From a virus (lineage: Duplodnaviria > Caudoviricetes), in IMG/VR virus record IMGVR_UViG_3300006868_000023, positions 1 through 55,840 of that record: a DNA stretch of 55,840 nucleotides; one strand, given 5' to 3'. Shown in pieces: positions 28,061 to 38,256 of the stretch (position 1 is the stretch's first letter; every line of letters starts with the position of its first letter). The notes below the pieces were generated by a model. It searched no databases. It was not told the origin of the DNA and saw nothing but the letters and a program-made list of their open reading frames with translations. A program made the position numbers and the translations under genes.

Positions 28061-31000
28061 ATGGCGGCTAACACTTTTGTAGAATTAAACGATACCCCCT
28101 CAAGTTATACCAGTCACGGTAATAAATTCCTTGTGGTAAGAGGTGACGAGAGTTCGCTTAACTTTACTAATATCTCAATGGAAAAACTCAGTGACGTTAA
28201 TGTTACTGGTGCTTATGTTCCTGTTGGTGGTCAAGTATTACAATACAGTTCAGGTGCTGGCGAATGGCGAGCAATGGACAATGACCCATACAGTTTTGGT
28301 GCAGGTCTAAATAAATCAGCAGGTACTATTGATGTAATTGCAAGTGGCGGCTTGGTTGCTAATGCTAGTGGCATTTATATTCAAGACATTGCAAACGTTG
28401 CAGGTGTGTACGGAAATGCAACACATGTTCCTCAATTTACAGTAAACAACAAAGGTCAAGTAGTTGATGTAGAGCATGTAGAGATAAGTGTTCCTAGTGC
28501 CGATGCACTCACAGCAGATTATGTAGGTAATGTAACCGGTACTGCAGGACAAATTACTGTAACAGGCGGAACAGGTAACAATTCAAATGCCGCACTTAAT
28601 CTTGTAGCAACAGGTGTAACTGCAGGTGTGTATGGTAATGCAACACATGCTCCTCAAATAACAGTTGACACTTACGGTAGATTACAAAACGTAGAACTTA
28701 TACAACTGTCAGCAGGTGACGGTGCCGCTAACAGTTCATTAGGATTTAGAAGTATTGCTATAAATGGTCAAACAACTGTTACGGCAGACCAAGTAGAAGA
28801 TGCATTGACATTTGTTGCAGGAGCAGGCGTTACATTAACAACAGATGCATCCAATGACAGTATCACATTTGGTATTGCTGGAAGTGCATTAGTATCAGAT
28901 GCAGACTTAGGTGACTTACAAAACGTTGATGTATCTGGTATTACAGATGGACAAGCAATTAGATGGGTAGCGGCTAACAGTCAATTCGAACCTTACACTA
29001 TTACCGATCAAGTAGGAATAGCATACACAGATTTAAGTGGTGCTAATGGCATTAGTTATAATAATACATCAGGCGAAATATCATTACCAGTATCGGGTGC
29101 AACAGCAGGTACATATGGTGATGCAGATACCGTTGCACAAGTTACAATCAATGACAGAGGTATTGTAACAAACGTAACCAATGTAAGCATTAGACCAGAT
29201 ACAGGCGTAACAGCAGGTACATATGGTAATGCTACAACAGTGCCAAGAATAACTGTTGGTGCTGACGGTAGAGTAACTAGCATTGTAGAAGAAAGCAGTG
29301 CTCAATATGTACAAAGTGTAAGTTGGAACAGTGCCACAAGCGAATTAAGTTTAAGTGGTGGTGGCAATACAATAAGTTTAGATTCTCTAAATCAAAACGG
29401 TTTTAGAACATTTGTTGTATCAGGTCAAGATAATATTATTGCTGACGAACCAGAGGATACAATTAATCTTGTTGCTGGTGCAGGTATCAGTATTACCACA
29501 GATGCAACAACAGACACTATCACAATTAGTAACACTGGTGGCGGTGGTGGCGGTGGTAACAGCAATGTTCAATTAAGCAGTTTCTCAGTTGCAACAGCCG
29601 CGGCAAGCGGAGGTGGTGCTCTTAGTTACAACAGCATAAACGGACAATTTACATTTACGCCAGCAGATTTAAGCAGTATTGTTGGTAGTCAAAATTTAAG
29701 TTGGGATTCAGGTACAAGCACATTAAGTATATCAAGTGGTAACAGTGTTGATCTTAGTTCTCTACTAGACAACGTAGATTCACAAGCAATCAGTTTATCA
29801 GGTAACATAATCAGCATTAGCGGTGATGCGTCAACCGTTGACTTAGGCCCATTACTTGGTAGTGTGGATAGCAACTACGGTGATGCCAATGTAGCAAGTT
29901 ATCTTTCAGCACAAGGTTACGCAACGCAGGCAACAATCGTTGCGGCGATAACAGATAGTGCTCCGGGTACATTAGATACCCTAAACGAATTAGCGGCGGC
30001 GTTAGGTGATGATCCTAACTTTGCCACAACAATGACAAATAGTCTAGCCCTTAAAGCCAACTCAGCAGACTTACATGCAGTTGCTACAAGCGGTGATTAT
30101 ACAGATTTAACAAATAGACCTACAATAGCATTAAGCGGTAGTGACTTATCATATGATGGTACTACATTAGACTTATCAGGTGTAGGCGCAGTAGGACCTC
30201 AAGGACCACAGGGTAATGTTGGTGCTACTGGTAATGGAATAACAAACGCAACTGTAAGCAGTGGCGAACTAATATTAACGTACAGCAATACTTCTGTACA
30301 AAACCTAGGCGATATTACTGGACCACAGGGTCCTCAGGGTAACGTAGGTTCACAGGGACCACAAGGTATTCAAGGTGCTACTGGACCTCAGGGTGCTACT
30401 GGTGATGCAGGTGCAGACGGAAGTGATGGTGTAGGTGTAACCAGTGTAAATTTAGTTGGTGGCAACCTAGTATTTGCTTATTCAAATACATCAACACAAG
30501 ATGTTGGCAACATACAAGGACCAACAGGTGCTCAAGGTATTCAGGGCGATACTGGTGCTACAGGCCCTCAGGGTGCTACTGGAGCAACAGGTGCTACCGG
30601 GCCGCAGGGTCCAGCAGGTAATGACGGTACTAATGTAACCAGTGGTACAGTAAACGGCTCGGGTAATTTAATACTCACATTAAGTGATGCTTCGACTATA
30701 GATGCTGGTAATGTACGCGGCGCAGACGGTGCTGTAGACCAAACATTAAGTTTAGGTGGTAATGTAATTACAATTAGTGGCAGTGGAAGCACAGTTGATT
30801 TAACCTCATTGTTGGGTGCTTATGTAAATACAGACTCACAAGCACTAACATTATCAGGAAACACTTTAAGTATCTCAGGTGGTAACAGTGTTGACCTAAG
30901 TAGTTTTGCAGGCGGTGGCGGTAGCAGTTATGCAGATTCTGATGTAGATACACATTTGAACAGCGGCTCTGCAAACACAAATGAAGTATTAAGTTGGAAT

Positions 31001-31627
31001 GGTTCAGACTATGACTGGGTTGCACAAAGCGGCGGCATAGCATTAACAGATTTAAGCGGAACAGATGGCGTAGAATATAGCAACACAACTGGTGTAATTA
31101 ATCTAACTGACACAGGTGTAAGTGCAGGCACTTACGGTAGCAGTACACTTGTACCACGTATAACAGTAGATGCCAAGGGTAGAGTCACATCAGTTTCCAC
31201 ACAAGCAGTAAGTGGTGGTGGTGGAGGTGGCGGATCGGGTGCCACCGTAGAAAGATTCAAACTCAACTACACATCTTCAGGCGCACTTGACAGTATCACA
31301 GATACTACAGGTGGTATTAGCAGTGTGAGCATTGACAGTGCCTCAGGTGGTGACGTAACTGTAACATTTACAGGATATAATTTCCCACCGGCTTCTATTA
31401 TGATATATGGTTATGTGTATGCAAGTAACAAATATCAAATTACTCCTTTAGAATCATCTATGGGTTTACGTGAAGTACCAGGCGGTGGCTCAGCAGGCGC
31501 ACCAAGTTTGTTCGGTGGGTCAGGAACACCAACTACCAAACTGAGATTACGTGAAGCAGAAACAGGTGCAAGTAGAAGTTTTGGTACTGTAACTCATGCA
31601 TGGGTACAGTTTGTAATGTATGATTAA
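28061..31627 (+). CDS. Tail fibre-like virion protein with collagen repeats
   Basis: Repeated GVTAG(V/T)YG...ITV...GR units, APGTLDTLNELAAALGDDPNFATT tail-fibre motif, Gly-X-Y runs; TAAATA at 28018-28023. Confidence 0.8.
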   Translation: MAANTFVELNDTPSSYTSHGNKFLVVRGDESSLNFTNISMEKLSDVNVTGAYVPVGGQVLQYSSGAGEWRAMDNDPYSFGAGLNKSAGTIDVIASGGLVANASGIYIQDIANVAGVYGNATHVPQFTVNNKGQVVDVEHVEISVPSADALTADYVGNVTGTAGQITVTGGTGNNSNAALNLVATGVTAGVYGNATHAPQITVDTYGRLQNVELIQLSAGDGAANSSLGFRSIAINGQTTVTADQVEDALTFVAGAGVTLTTDASNDSITFGIAGSALVSDADLGDLQNVDVSGITDGQAIRWVAANSQFEPYTITDQVGIAYTDLSGANGISYNNTSGEISLPVSGATAGTYGDADTVAQVTINDRGIVTNVTNVSIRPDTGVTAGTYGNATTVPRITVGADGRVTSIVEESSAQYVQSVSWNSATSELSLSGGGNTISLDSLNQNGFRTFVVSGQDNIIADEPEDTINLVAGAGISITTDATTDTITISNTGGGGGGGNSNVQLSSFSVATAAASGGGALSYNSINGQFTFTPADLSSIVGSQNLSWDSGTSTLSISSGNSVDLSSLLDNVDSQAISLSGNIISISGDASTVDLGPLLGSVDSNYGDANVASYLSAQGYATQATIVAAITDSAPGTLDTLNELAAALGDDPNFATTMTNSLALKANSADLHAVATSGDYTDLTNRPTIALSGSDLSYDGTTLDLSGVGAVGPQGPQGNVGATGNGITNATVSSGELILTYSNTSVQNLGDITGPQGPQGNVGSQGPQGIQGATGPQGATGDAGADGSDGVGVTSVNLVGGNLVFAYSNTSTQDVGNIQGPTGAQGIQGDTGATGPQGATGATGATGPQGPAGNDGTNVTSGTVNGSGNLILTLSDASTIDAGNVRGADGAVDQTLSLGGNVITISGSGSTVDLTSLLGAYVNTDSQALTLSGNTLSISGGNSVDLSSFAGGGGSSYADSDVDTHLNSGSANTNEVLSWNGSDYDWVAQSGGIALTDLSGTDGVEYSNTTGVINLTDTGVSAGTYGSSTLVPRITVDAKGRVTSVSTQAVSGGGGGGGSGATVERFKLNYTSSGALDSITDTTGGISSVSIDSASGGDVTVTFTGYNFPPASIMIYGYVYASNKYQITPLESSMGLREVPGGGSAGAPSLFGGSGTPTTKLRLREAETGASRSFGTVTHAWVQFVMYD
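30185..30630 (+). repeat. Collagen-like Gly-X-Y repeats (three blocks)
   Basis: GPQGPQGNVG, GPQGATG and similar, interrupted by short beta-rich segments. Confidence 0.85.
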
Positions 31628-31639
31628 TAGGAGACTTGC

Positions 31640-33673
31640 GTGGCTTTGATCAATTACAAGTCAAATCAAATCAAACTTAACTATCCTAATAAGGTATTAG
31701 CAGTGAACGTAACAAGTATCGCTGGTAGAGACTATTGGGAACACGCCAACGGCTCTAATGATCCTTGGTACTCAGGTTCAAGTTCTCCAAAATATTATCG
31801 TTGGGAAATCACATTTGATGTTACCGCACAAGGACATGGTTCACACTTAACCAGAGATGATAGAACTTACAATGGTTTAGACATTGTTGTAGGCGACTGG
31901 GTAGGCAGTGCAACAGCAGGTATATGCTGTAAAGTTGTAAGTATCACAAGCAAAACAGCAACAGCAGTTAGTTGTGTTGTAGAGGATTGGTTACGTTATA
32001 ATACATTTGCAAACTCAACTGGTAATGGTATATTTGGTTTAGGTTCTGCCGCAGTATTCTCATTAAATGAAAACGGCATACCAATGCTAGATCCTCTACC
32101 AACTACAGTTTCAAGTTCATTCTACGCAACAGTAATGAGTAGATTCCAATACCTAAATCCACAGACAAACTATGTGTTAGAACAAACAGCACATGGTTTT
32201 GACAGAGGTGATGTTGTGGTAGTTACCAGCAATGGTTTCACAAAAGCAAATAGTACAACACTTAGTAAAAGCATAGGCGTAGTAACAGAACCAGGTCCAG
32301 GACCAAATCAGTTTATGATATTGCCTAACAATAGAATCATAGACTTTGAACCACGCATACCAGGCGCACAAGGTGACCTTGTTTACGTAAGTACCACAGG
32401 TGAATTAAGCACAACAGAAAGTGATGCTCCAAAATTTTTAGTATTACAACCAGCAATAGAAACATTGTTAGAAGGTGATCAAGATGGCCCTGAAATACCA
32501 CATGGACATACTGTGACCTTTAATGGTTTTGACACAACAATATCAGCAACATCAGGTTCAGGTAATGCCAACGTAAGTGAAATTGTTACAAGTATTAATA
32601 GCCATACTGCAAATCACAATATAGTTGCAAGTACAGTTGCTACTAAAACTGTAATCAATTCTGATGCAAGTGGAACAGCATACGGATTAGTTGGAGGGTA
32701 TACACCTTTTAGTGCCGCAATAGACAGTGGCAGTGGTAATACAACAATAAGTTTTACAACTAATACCGCAGGTACAGCCGCATATGGTATAGCAGTTGCT
32801 ATTCCAGAAGATATGGCAACAGATATAAATGCCGCAGGAATAGCAAATTTAAGTGCATCATACAATTCAGGTACACTAACATTAACAGAACAAAATGGTA
32901 ATGCTGTAACTATAGTAAATCTTACTAATGATCTAAACAATAACCCATTTGTAGGTGCAGGTAATATATCAGGTTTGCCAGCAAGTGTAGCCGCACCTGG
33001 AACAGAACGTATTAATCTCACACGCAGTGACGGTGGTGAGATATTAATATTTGAAAGCACAGAATTCTTTAGAACTGCAACAGGTATTGCAAGTGGACAC
33101 ACAGGAATGTATCCATTAGCATTAAATGTTGAACAAGGTATTAGAGGTGGTACTGTTAAAGTTGTTGCAGACATTTCTGCAAGAAACGCATTAAACGCAC
33201 AAGTAGGCGACCAAGCACATGTATTAAGTGCAGACGATGGTGAATGGGCACTATATCTATATGATGGTTCAAGTTGGGTTAAGGTTGCAGACAGAGATAG
33301 CAGTACAACAGATGCCAGAACATTAACAACTACATTCACAATGCCAGTGGGTGGATTTGGTATTAGTTCAACAAATTTACTTGGTAACATATCACCAGGT
33401 GGTAAAATTGTTAGTGTTGCTGTAGAAATTAATACTACATTCTCAGGACACACTGGTGGTGATCCAAACATAGAAGTTGGTACTCTTGCTGACCCAGATG
33501 TATTTTGTGACTCTCCAAGTAATGACCTAACTGAAAGTACAGGTGATACTTTCTTATGCCAACCTGAGTATGTATATCCTGCAACAGAAACTCAAGATTT
33601 AGAAGTCAGAGCACGTTGTAATCACTATAATGCTACCGCTGGTAGTGTTACCGTCATATTAACATACGTTTAA
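31640..33673 (+). CDS. Virion structural protein
   Basis: 677-aa G/S/T-rich ORF between fibre genes; GTG start with AGGAG SD. Confidence 0.65.
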   Translation: MALINYKSNQIKLNYPNKVLAVNVTSIAGRDYWEHANGSNDPWYSGSSSPKYYRWEITFDVTAQGHGSHLTRDDRTYNGLDIVVGDWVGSATAGICCKVVSITSKTATAVSCVVEDWLRYNTFANSTGNGIFGLGSAAVFSLNENGIPMLDPLPTTVSSSFYATVMSRFQYLNPQTNYVLEQTAHGFDRGDVVVVTSNGFTKANSTTLSKSIGVVTEPGPGPNQFMILPNNRIIDFEPRIPGAQGDLVYVSTTGELSTTESDAPKFLVLQPAIETLLEGDQDGPEIPHGHTVTFNGFDTTISATSGSGNANVSEIVTSINSHTANHNIVASTVATKTVINSDASGTAYGLVGGYTPFSAAIDSGSGNTTISFTTNTAGTAAYGIAVAIPEDMATDINAAGIANLSASYNSGTLTLTEQNGNAVTIVNLTNDLNNNPFVGAGNISGLPASVAAPGTERINLTRSDGGEILIFESTEFFRTATGIASGHTGMYPLALNVEQGIRGGTVKVVADISARNALNAQVGDQAHVLSADDGEWALYLYDGSSWVKVADRDSSTTDARTLTTTFTMPVGGFGISSTNLLGNISPGGKIVSVAVEINTTFSGHTGGDPNIEVGTLADPDVFCDSPSNDLTESTGDTFLCQPEYVYPATETQDLEVRARCNHYNATAGSVTVILTYV

Positions 33674-33774
33674 TACTTTTCCTTAAAATTAGATAAATAT
33701 ACATAACGTTTAGCTCTTATGGCTAGATGTTATCGATAACACGCAAAATAATACGTATTATATAGGAGACATAA

Positions 33775-36700
33775 ATGGCTGACATTAAGAACTTTGGTAT
33801 AAAGGGTCTATCGTCAGACGTCCAGCTCGGCAAAGGCGGCGGTAAAGTCAAATATGATTCAAGTAACAATCGTTTCGATCTCACGCAATCAGATGGTTCT
33901 ACACTTGAAAACTTAAGACTTGGCGCAATCACGGCAGGTAGTTGGAACGGATCAGCAATTGGTTCACAATATGGTGGTTTAGGTGGAGACAATTCATCTA
34001 GCACAGGTATTGTTTCTTTCTCTTCAGGTACAGCAAGTGTTGCCGCTATTGATTTAAGCGACAGCAATTTGATTGACAGTTCAAGTCAACTTCCAGTAGC
34101 ACAAGGTGGTACTGGTGCAAGTACATCAGGTGGAGCAAGAACAAACTTAGGTTTGGGCTCAATTGCAACGCAAGACTCGAATAATGTTAGTATAACAGGC
34201 GGTACAGTTGACGGTGTAGTCATTGGTGGTAGTACAGCGGCGGCAGGTAGTTTTACAACTATTAACGCCAGTAGTACAATCACAGGTGACTTAACTGGTG
34301 ACGTTACAGGTACTGTTAGCGACATTAGCAACCACGACACTGACAGTTTAGGCGAAGGTAGTAGTAATCGTTACTTCACTAACGCAAGAGCTAGAAGTGC
34401 AATTTCAGTAACCGACTCAGGTGGTGACGGTAGTTTAGCATATAACTCTAGTACAGGTGTAATTACTTACACGGGTCCTAGTGCGGCTGAAGTACGTGCT
34501 CATTTCTCAGGCGGTACTGGTATAACAATTACAAGCGGTCAAATTGATTTAGATGATACTGCGGTAACACCAGCATCATACGGTAGCACAACTGCTATTC
34601 CGGTTATCACTGTTGACCAACAAGGTAGAATTACATCGGCTTCAACTGCTTCAATTAGCACTTCATTCACTATTAGTGATGGTTCTAATACAGAAACAGT
34701 TAACGGTGGTGATACATTAACATTCGCAGGTACAGCAAATGAAGTAGAAGTTGCAGTTAGTGCAACTGACACAGTTACAATTGGCTTACCAAGCGATGTA
34801 ACAGTAAGCAACAACTTAACAGTAAGTGGTTCATTCCTATCGGATGACATCACAGCATCAGCAGTTAGTATTGCAGGTGATGCTACAATTACTGGTAACT
34901 TAACAGTACAAGGAACGCAAACAACAGTTAACTCAACAACAGTTGAGACTGCTGATGCAATTTTCCGTGTAAACAGTAACGGTACAACAGGTACTGACGT
35001 TGGTTTTGAAGCAAACGTTGGTGGTACTGCTAAACAAATCGTTTACACAGGTGCAGGTAGCAAGTGGAGCGTAGGCTCTGAAACTTTTGTAGCGGCTACC
35101 TTTGAAGGTGACTTAACAGGTGACGTAACTGGTACAGTTAGTGACATCTCAAATCACGATACAGGTGATTTAGCAGAAGGTTCAAATCAGTATCACACAC
35201 CTGCTAGAGCACGTAGTGCTATTAGTGCAGGTGGTGATTTAAGTTACAACAGCAGTACTGGTGTAATGAGCTTCACTGAGCGTACTGACGCAGAAGTACG
35301 TGGTTTAATTTCTGTTACTGATGCAGGTGGCGATGGTTCACTAGCATACAACAGCTCAACTGGTGTAATTACTTACACTGGTCCAAGTGCGGCAGAAGTT
35401 AGAGCTCACTTCAGTGGTGGAACAGGCCTTACTATTACAAGTGGTCAAATTGACTTAGACGACACCGCAGTAACTCCAGGAAATTATGGTAGCTCAACTG
35501 CTATCCCTGTAATCACAGTTGACCAACAAGGTAGATTGACATCTGCTTCAACAGCAAGTATTTCTACAAGTTGGACATTAACTGGTGATTCAGGTAGTGA
35601 AGTTGTTAACGGTGGCGACACTGTATTAGTAGCAGGTGGTACTAACATTACTACAGCAGTAAGTGCAACTGATACTGTTACAGTTAACTTAGACAGTGAT
35701 ATTTCACTAACAAACGTTACTATAAGTGATACATTTACTGATGGTACATTAAGTATTGCAGGTGGTGAAATCACAGGTGCAGGTAATATCACAGCAAGTG
35801 GTGCAGTAACTGGTGGTAGTTTAACTGACGGTACAGCAACATTAAGTTCAGGTGCTTTAAGTGGAGCAACTACAGTTACAGCCAGTGGTGCAGTAACAGG
35901 TGGAAGTTTAACTGATGGTACTGCTACTTTAAGTAGTGGAGCATTAACAGGTGCAACTAACGGTACATTTAGTGGTACAGTAACTGGTGGTACATTAACT
36001 GACGGTACATTAAGTGCAAGTTCAGGTGCAATTACAGGTGCTACAAATATCACAGCAAGTGGTACTGTTCAGTATGGTTCATTAAGCGATGGTAGTATTA
36101 CAATTAATGGCTTTGTTGACGAAGACAACATGGCTAGTGATAGTGCTTCACTTGTTCCAACACAACAATCTGTTAAAGCATACGTTGATGCACAATTAAC
36201 TGCTCAAGACTTAGACTTCCAGGGCGATACAGGTGGTGCTCTAAGTATAGACTTAGATTCACAAACACTTGATATTGCTGGTGGTACAGGTATTGAAACT
36301 GCAGGTAGTGGTCAAACATTAACTGTTACATTAAGTGATACAGCAGTAACTCCAGGAAATTATGGTAGCTCAACTGCTATTCCAGTAATCACTGTAGATC
36401 AACAGGGTAGATTAACATCTGCTTCAACAGCAAGTATTTCTACTTCTTGGACATTAACAGATGGTTCTAACAGTGAAACAGTGAATGGTGGTGACACAGT
36501 TACTATCCAAGGTACTACTAACGAAGTTGATGTTGTAGTAGGTGCTACTGACACAGTAACAATTGGTTTACCAAATGATGTTACTATCGGTAATAACTTA
36601 ACAGTAACTGGTTCATTCTTATCGGATGACATTACATCTTCATCAATTAGTATTGCAGGTGATGCCACTATTACTGGTAACTTAACAGTACAAGGTACGC

Positions 36701-37635
36701 AGACTGTAATTGAATCAACAACTGTACAAACTGAAGATGCAATCTTCCGTGTAAACAGCAATGGTGCAAATACAGACGCTGGTTTCGAAGCAAACGCAAA
36801 TGGCACAATCAAGCAGATTCTTTATACATCTGTAGGCCAAGAGTGGGACTTCGGTTCAGAAAATGTTAAAGCAAGTACATTCGAAGGTGACTTAACTGGT
36901 GATGTAACTGGTAGTATCTCAGGTGCAACTGGTACATTTACAGGTGCAGTTACTGGTGGTTCATTAACTGATGGAACTGCTACATTAAGTAGTGGTGCAT
37001 TAAGTGGTGCAACAACTGGTGCATTCAGTGGTACAGTTACAGCAAATGCGTTTAGTGGTAACTTAACTGGTGATGTAACTGGTGACTTAACTGGTGATGT
37101 AACTGGTAATTTAACAGGTGACGTAAGTTTTGGTACATTAACAGACTCAGGTGAGAGCATTGCTATTACTAAGTTTGTTGATGAAGCAGATGGCATTGCA
37201 AGTAATGATAACGACACTAGCATTCCAACCTCAGCGGCAGTCATTGACTATGTTGAGAACAATGGTGGTGACGGCTTATTACTTAGACAAGCATTAACTA
37301 GCGGTAGTACAACTATCGATACTAGTGCTATGCCAAATATATCAAGCAGAACTTACTATGCACAGAAGATTGTAATCAAGATTGGAACAGCATTTAGTGG
37401 TGGTTCTTTCAACCATATTCTTGTTAAAGAGAATGCAGGTAGTGGAACAACATTAGTAGCGGCTGATGACGCTGATGCGGCAACAGCAGGTACTTACATC
37501 ATCGAATTAGATGGTGACGCAACACTAACTAAGAATGCGGCTGTACAAGTCCAGTTCATGCAGGCAGATGGTACAACACCAGCCACAACAAGTGGAGGAG
37601 CAGGTACAATCTCAGTACATTATAACTATGTCTAA
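33775..37635 (+). CDS. Large repetitive tail fibre / virion protein
   Basis: 1286-aa G/T/S/A-rich; LPVAQGGTGA, GNLTVQGTQT, YNSSTGVI, VTPGNYGSSTAIPVITVDQQGR and GDLTGDVT repeats; TAAATA at 33694-33699. Confidence 0.8.
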   Translation: MADIKNFGIKGLSSDVQLGKGGGKVKYDSSNNRFDLTQSDGSTLENLRLGAITAGSWNGSAIGSQYGGLGGDNSSSTGIVSFSSGTASVAAIDLSDSNLIDSSSQLPVAQGGTGASTSGGARTNLGLGSIATQDSNNVSITGGTVDGVVIGGSTAAAGSFTTINASSTITGDLTGDVTGTVSDISNHDTDSLGEGSSNRYFTNARARSAISVTDSGGDGSLAYNSSTGVITYTGPSAAEVRAHFSGGTGITITSGQIDLDDTAVTPASYGSTTAIPVITVDQQGRITSASTASISTSFTISDGSNTETVNGGDTLTFAGTANEVEVAVSATDTVTIGLPSDVTVSNNLTVSGSFLSDDITASAVSIAGDATITGNLTVQGTQTTVNSTTVETADAIFRVNSNGTTGTDVGFEANVGGTAKQIVYTGAGSKWSVGSETFVAATFEGDLTGDVTGTVSDISNHDTGDLAEGSNQYHTPARARSAISAGGDLSYNSSTGVMSFTERTDAEVRGLISVTDAGGDGSLAYNSSTGVITYTGPSAAEVRAHFSGGTGLTITSGQIDLDDTAVTPGNYGSSTAIPVITVDQQGRLTSASTASISTSWTLTGDSGSEVVNGGDTVLVAGGTNITTAVSATDTVTVNLDSDISLTNVTISDTFTDGTLSIAGGEITGAGNITASGAVTGGSLTDGTATLSSGALSGATTVTASGAVTGGSLTDGTATLSSGALTGATNGTFSGTVTGGTLTDGTLSASSGAITGATNITASGTVQYGSLSDGSITINGFVDEDNMASDSASLVPTQQSVKAYVDAQLTAQDLDFQGDTGGALSIDLDSQTLDIAGGTGIETAGSGQTLTVTLSDTAVTPGNYGSSTAIPVITVDQQGRLTSASTASISTSWTLTDGSNSETVNGGDTVTIQGTTNEVDVVVGATDTVTIGLPNDVTIGNNLTVTGSFLSDDITSSSISIAGDATITGNLTVQGTQTVIESTTVQTEDAIFRVNSNGANTDAGFEANANGTIKQILYTSVGQEWDFGSENVKASTFEGDLTGDVTGSISGATGTFTGAVTGGSLTDGTATLSSGALSGATTGAFSGTVTANAFSGNLTGDVTGDLTGDVTGNLTGDVSFGTLTDSGESIAITKFVDEADGIASNDNDTSIPTSAAVIDYVENNGGDGLLLRQALTSGSTTIDTSAMPNISSRTYYAQKIVIKIGTAFSGGSFNHILVKENAGSGTTLVAADDADAATAGTYIIELDGDATLTKNAAVQVQFMQADGTTPATTSGGAGTISVHYNYV
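34270..36780 (+). repeat. Internal direct duplications in the large fibre gene
   Basis: About 34400-34670 matches 35307-35576; 35461-35585 matches 36337-36460; 34680-34980 matches 36460-36760; differences mostly synonymous. Confidence 0.8.
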
Positions 37636-37651
37636 TTAATTTTAGATAACT

Positions 37652-37681
37652 AAAAAGGGCAGTTTAACTGCCCTTTTTTTT
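37652..37681. terminator. Bidirectional Rho-independent terminator
   Basis: AAAAAGGGCAGT-tta-ACTGCCCTTTTTTTT between convergent genes. Confidence 0.9.
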
Positions 37682-37685
37682 GACC

Positions 37686-37850
37686 TTAATACCAAGGATT
37701 GTTAGTCACATACTTAGGTAAAAATCTTTCCTTTTCACTTGGACCAAAAGCCTTTGCTATACGGTGATTCTTTGCCTGTGGGCTTAACAATTCTTTAGTA
37801 AGATCACGTTTGACTGCACGTTTGAAACGAGCAACTTCGAATTTAGTCAT
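37686..37850 (-). CDS. Small basic 54-aa protein downstream of the tandem riboswitch (not in ORF track)
   Basis: AGGAG SD 6 nt before ATG; MTKFEVARFKRAVKRDLTKELLSPQAKNHRIAKAFGPSEKERFLPKYVTNNPWY; ends at the terminator. Confidence 0.8.
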   Translation of the reverse strand: MTKFEVARFKRAVKRDLTKELLSPQAKNHRIAKAFGPSEKERFLPKYVTNNPWY

Positions 37851-37870
37851 GTCAATCTCCTAATGAAGAT

Positions 37871-37920
37871 TGCGTTCCTTCAGCACCATTGCCTACTTCC
37901 GTCCCAAAGGGATGAACGTA
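37871..37920 (-). ncRNA. Glutamine riboswitch aptamer (glnA motif), copy 2
   Basis: CGUUC-A-UCCC(uuu)GGGA-CGGAAGUA-GGCA(augg)UGCU-GAAG-GAACG: three-way junction with E-loop. Confidence 0.85.
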
Positions 37921-37924
37921 ACAA

Positions 37925-37978
37925 TGCGTTCCTTCGTCACAATTGACTACTTCCGTCCTATTGAATAGGATGAACGTA
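37925..37978 (-). ncRNA. Glutamine riboswitch aptamer (glnA motif), copy 1
   Basis: CGUUC-A-UCCUAU(uca)AUAGGA-CGGAAGUA-GUCA(auug)UGAC-GAAG-GAACG; P2 and P3 covary relative to copy 2. Confidence 0.85.
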
Positions 37979-37982
37979 ATAT

Positions 37983-37990
37983 TATTTATA
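37983..37990 (-). promoter_or_regulatory. T4-type late promoter TATAAATA
   Basis: TATTTATA on the + strand; predicted +1 near 37977, at the start of aptamer 1. Confidence 0.7.
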
Positions 37991-38198
37991 CTTTTTCGTT
38001 CACAAATGCGTACAGTTTTCGTGCTTCAGCAATTACATCTTCTGATGAAATTTCAATAACAGGTGCTTGTTGGCCTGCTCTTTCTTCATCACTTCTTGAG
38101 TAAAATGCGTTGGTTTGTTGGTCTCTGTTTTCTATTAAAATAGATTGAGCCATTCCTAAGATATCGGTTCGTAGTTCGAACCCACTTTTACTTGACAT
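37986..38198 (-). CDS. Small hypothetical phage protein
   Basis: GFELRTDILGMA...EDVIAEARKLYAFV; AAGGAG SD; TAAATA at 38248-38253. Confidence 0.8.
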   Translation of the reverse strand: MSSKSGFELRTDILGMAQSILIENRDQQTNAFYSRSDEERAGQQAPVIEISSEDVIAEARKLYAFVNEKV

Positions 38199-38256
38199 AG
38201 TTTTCTCCTTGTGTGTCAGTGTGTGTATGTGCGTAATTGCACATTAATATTTATTG

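Noticed and set aside
33775-37635. Diversity-generating retroelement template/variable repeats in the fibre gene
   Set aside because: The repeats are in-frame, differ at synonymous positions of all bases rather than only adenines, and no reverse transcriptase is in the window
37871-37978. Direct repeat read as a mini CRISPR array
   Set aside because: Only two units, the variable parts are short internal hairpins rather than spacers, no cas genes, and the riboswitch explains it better
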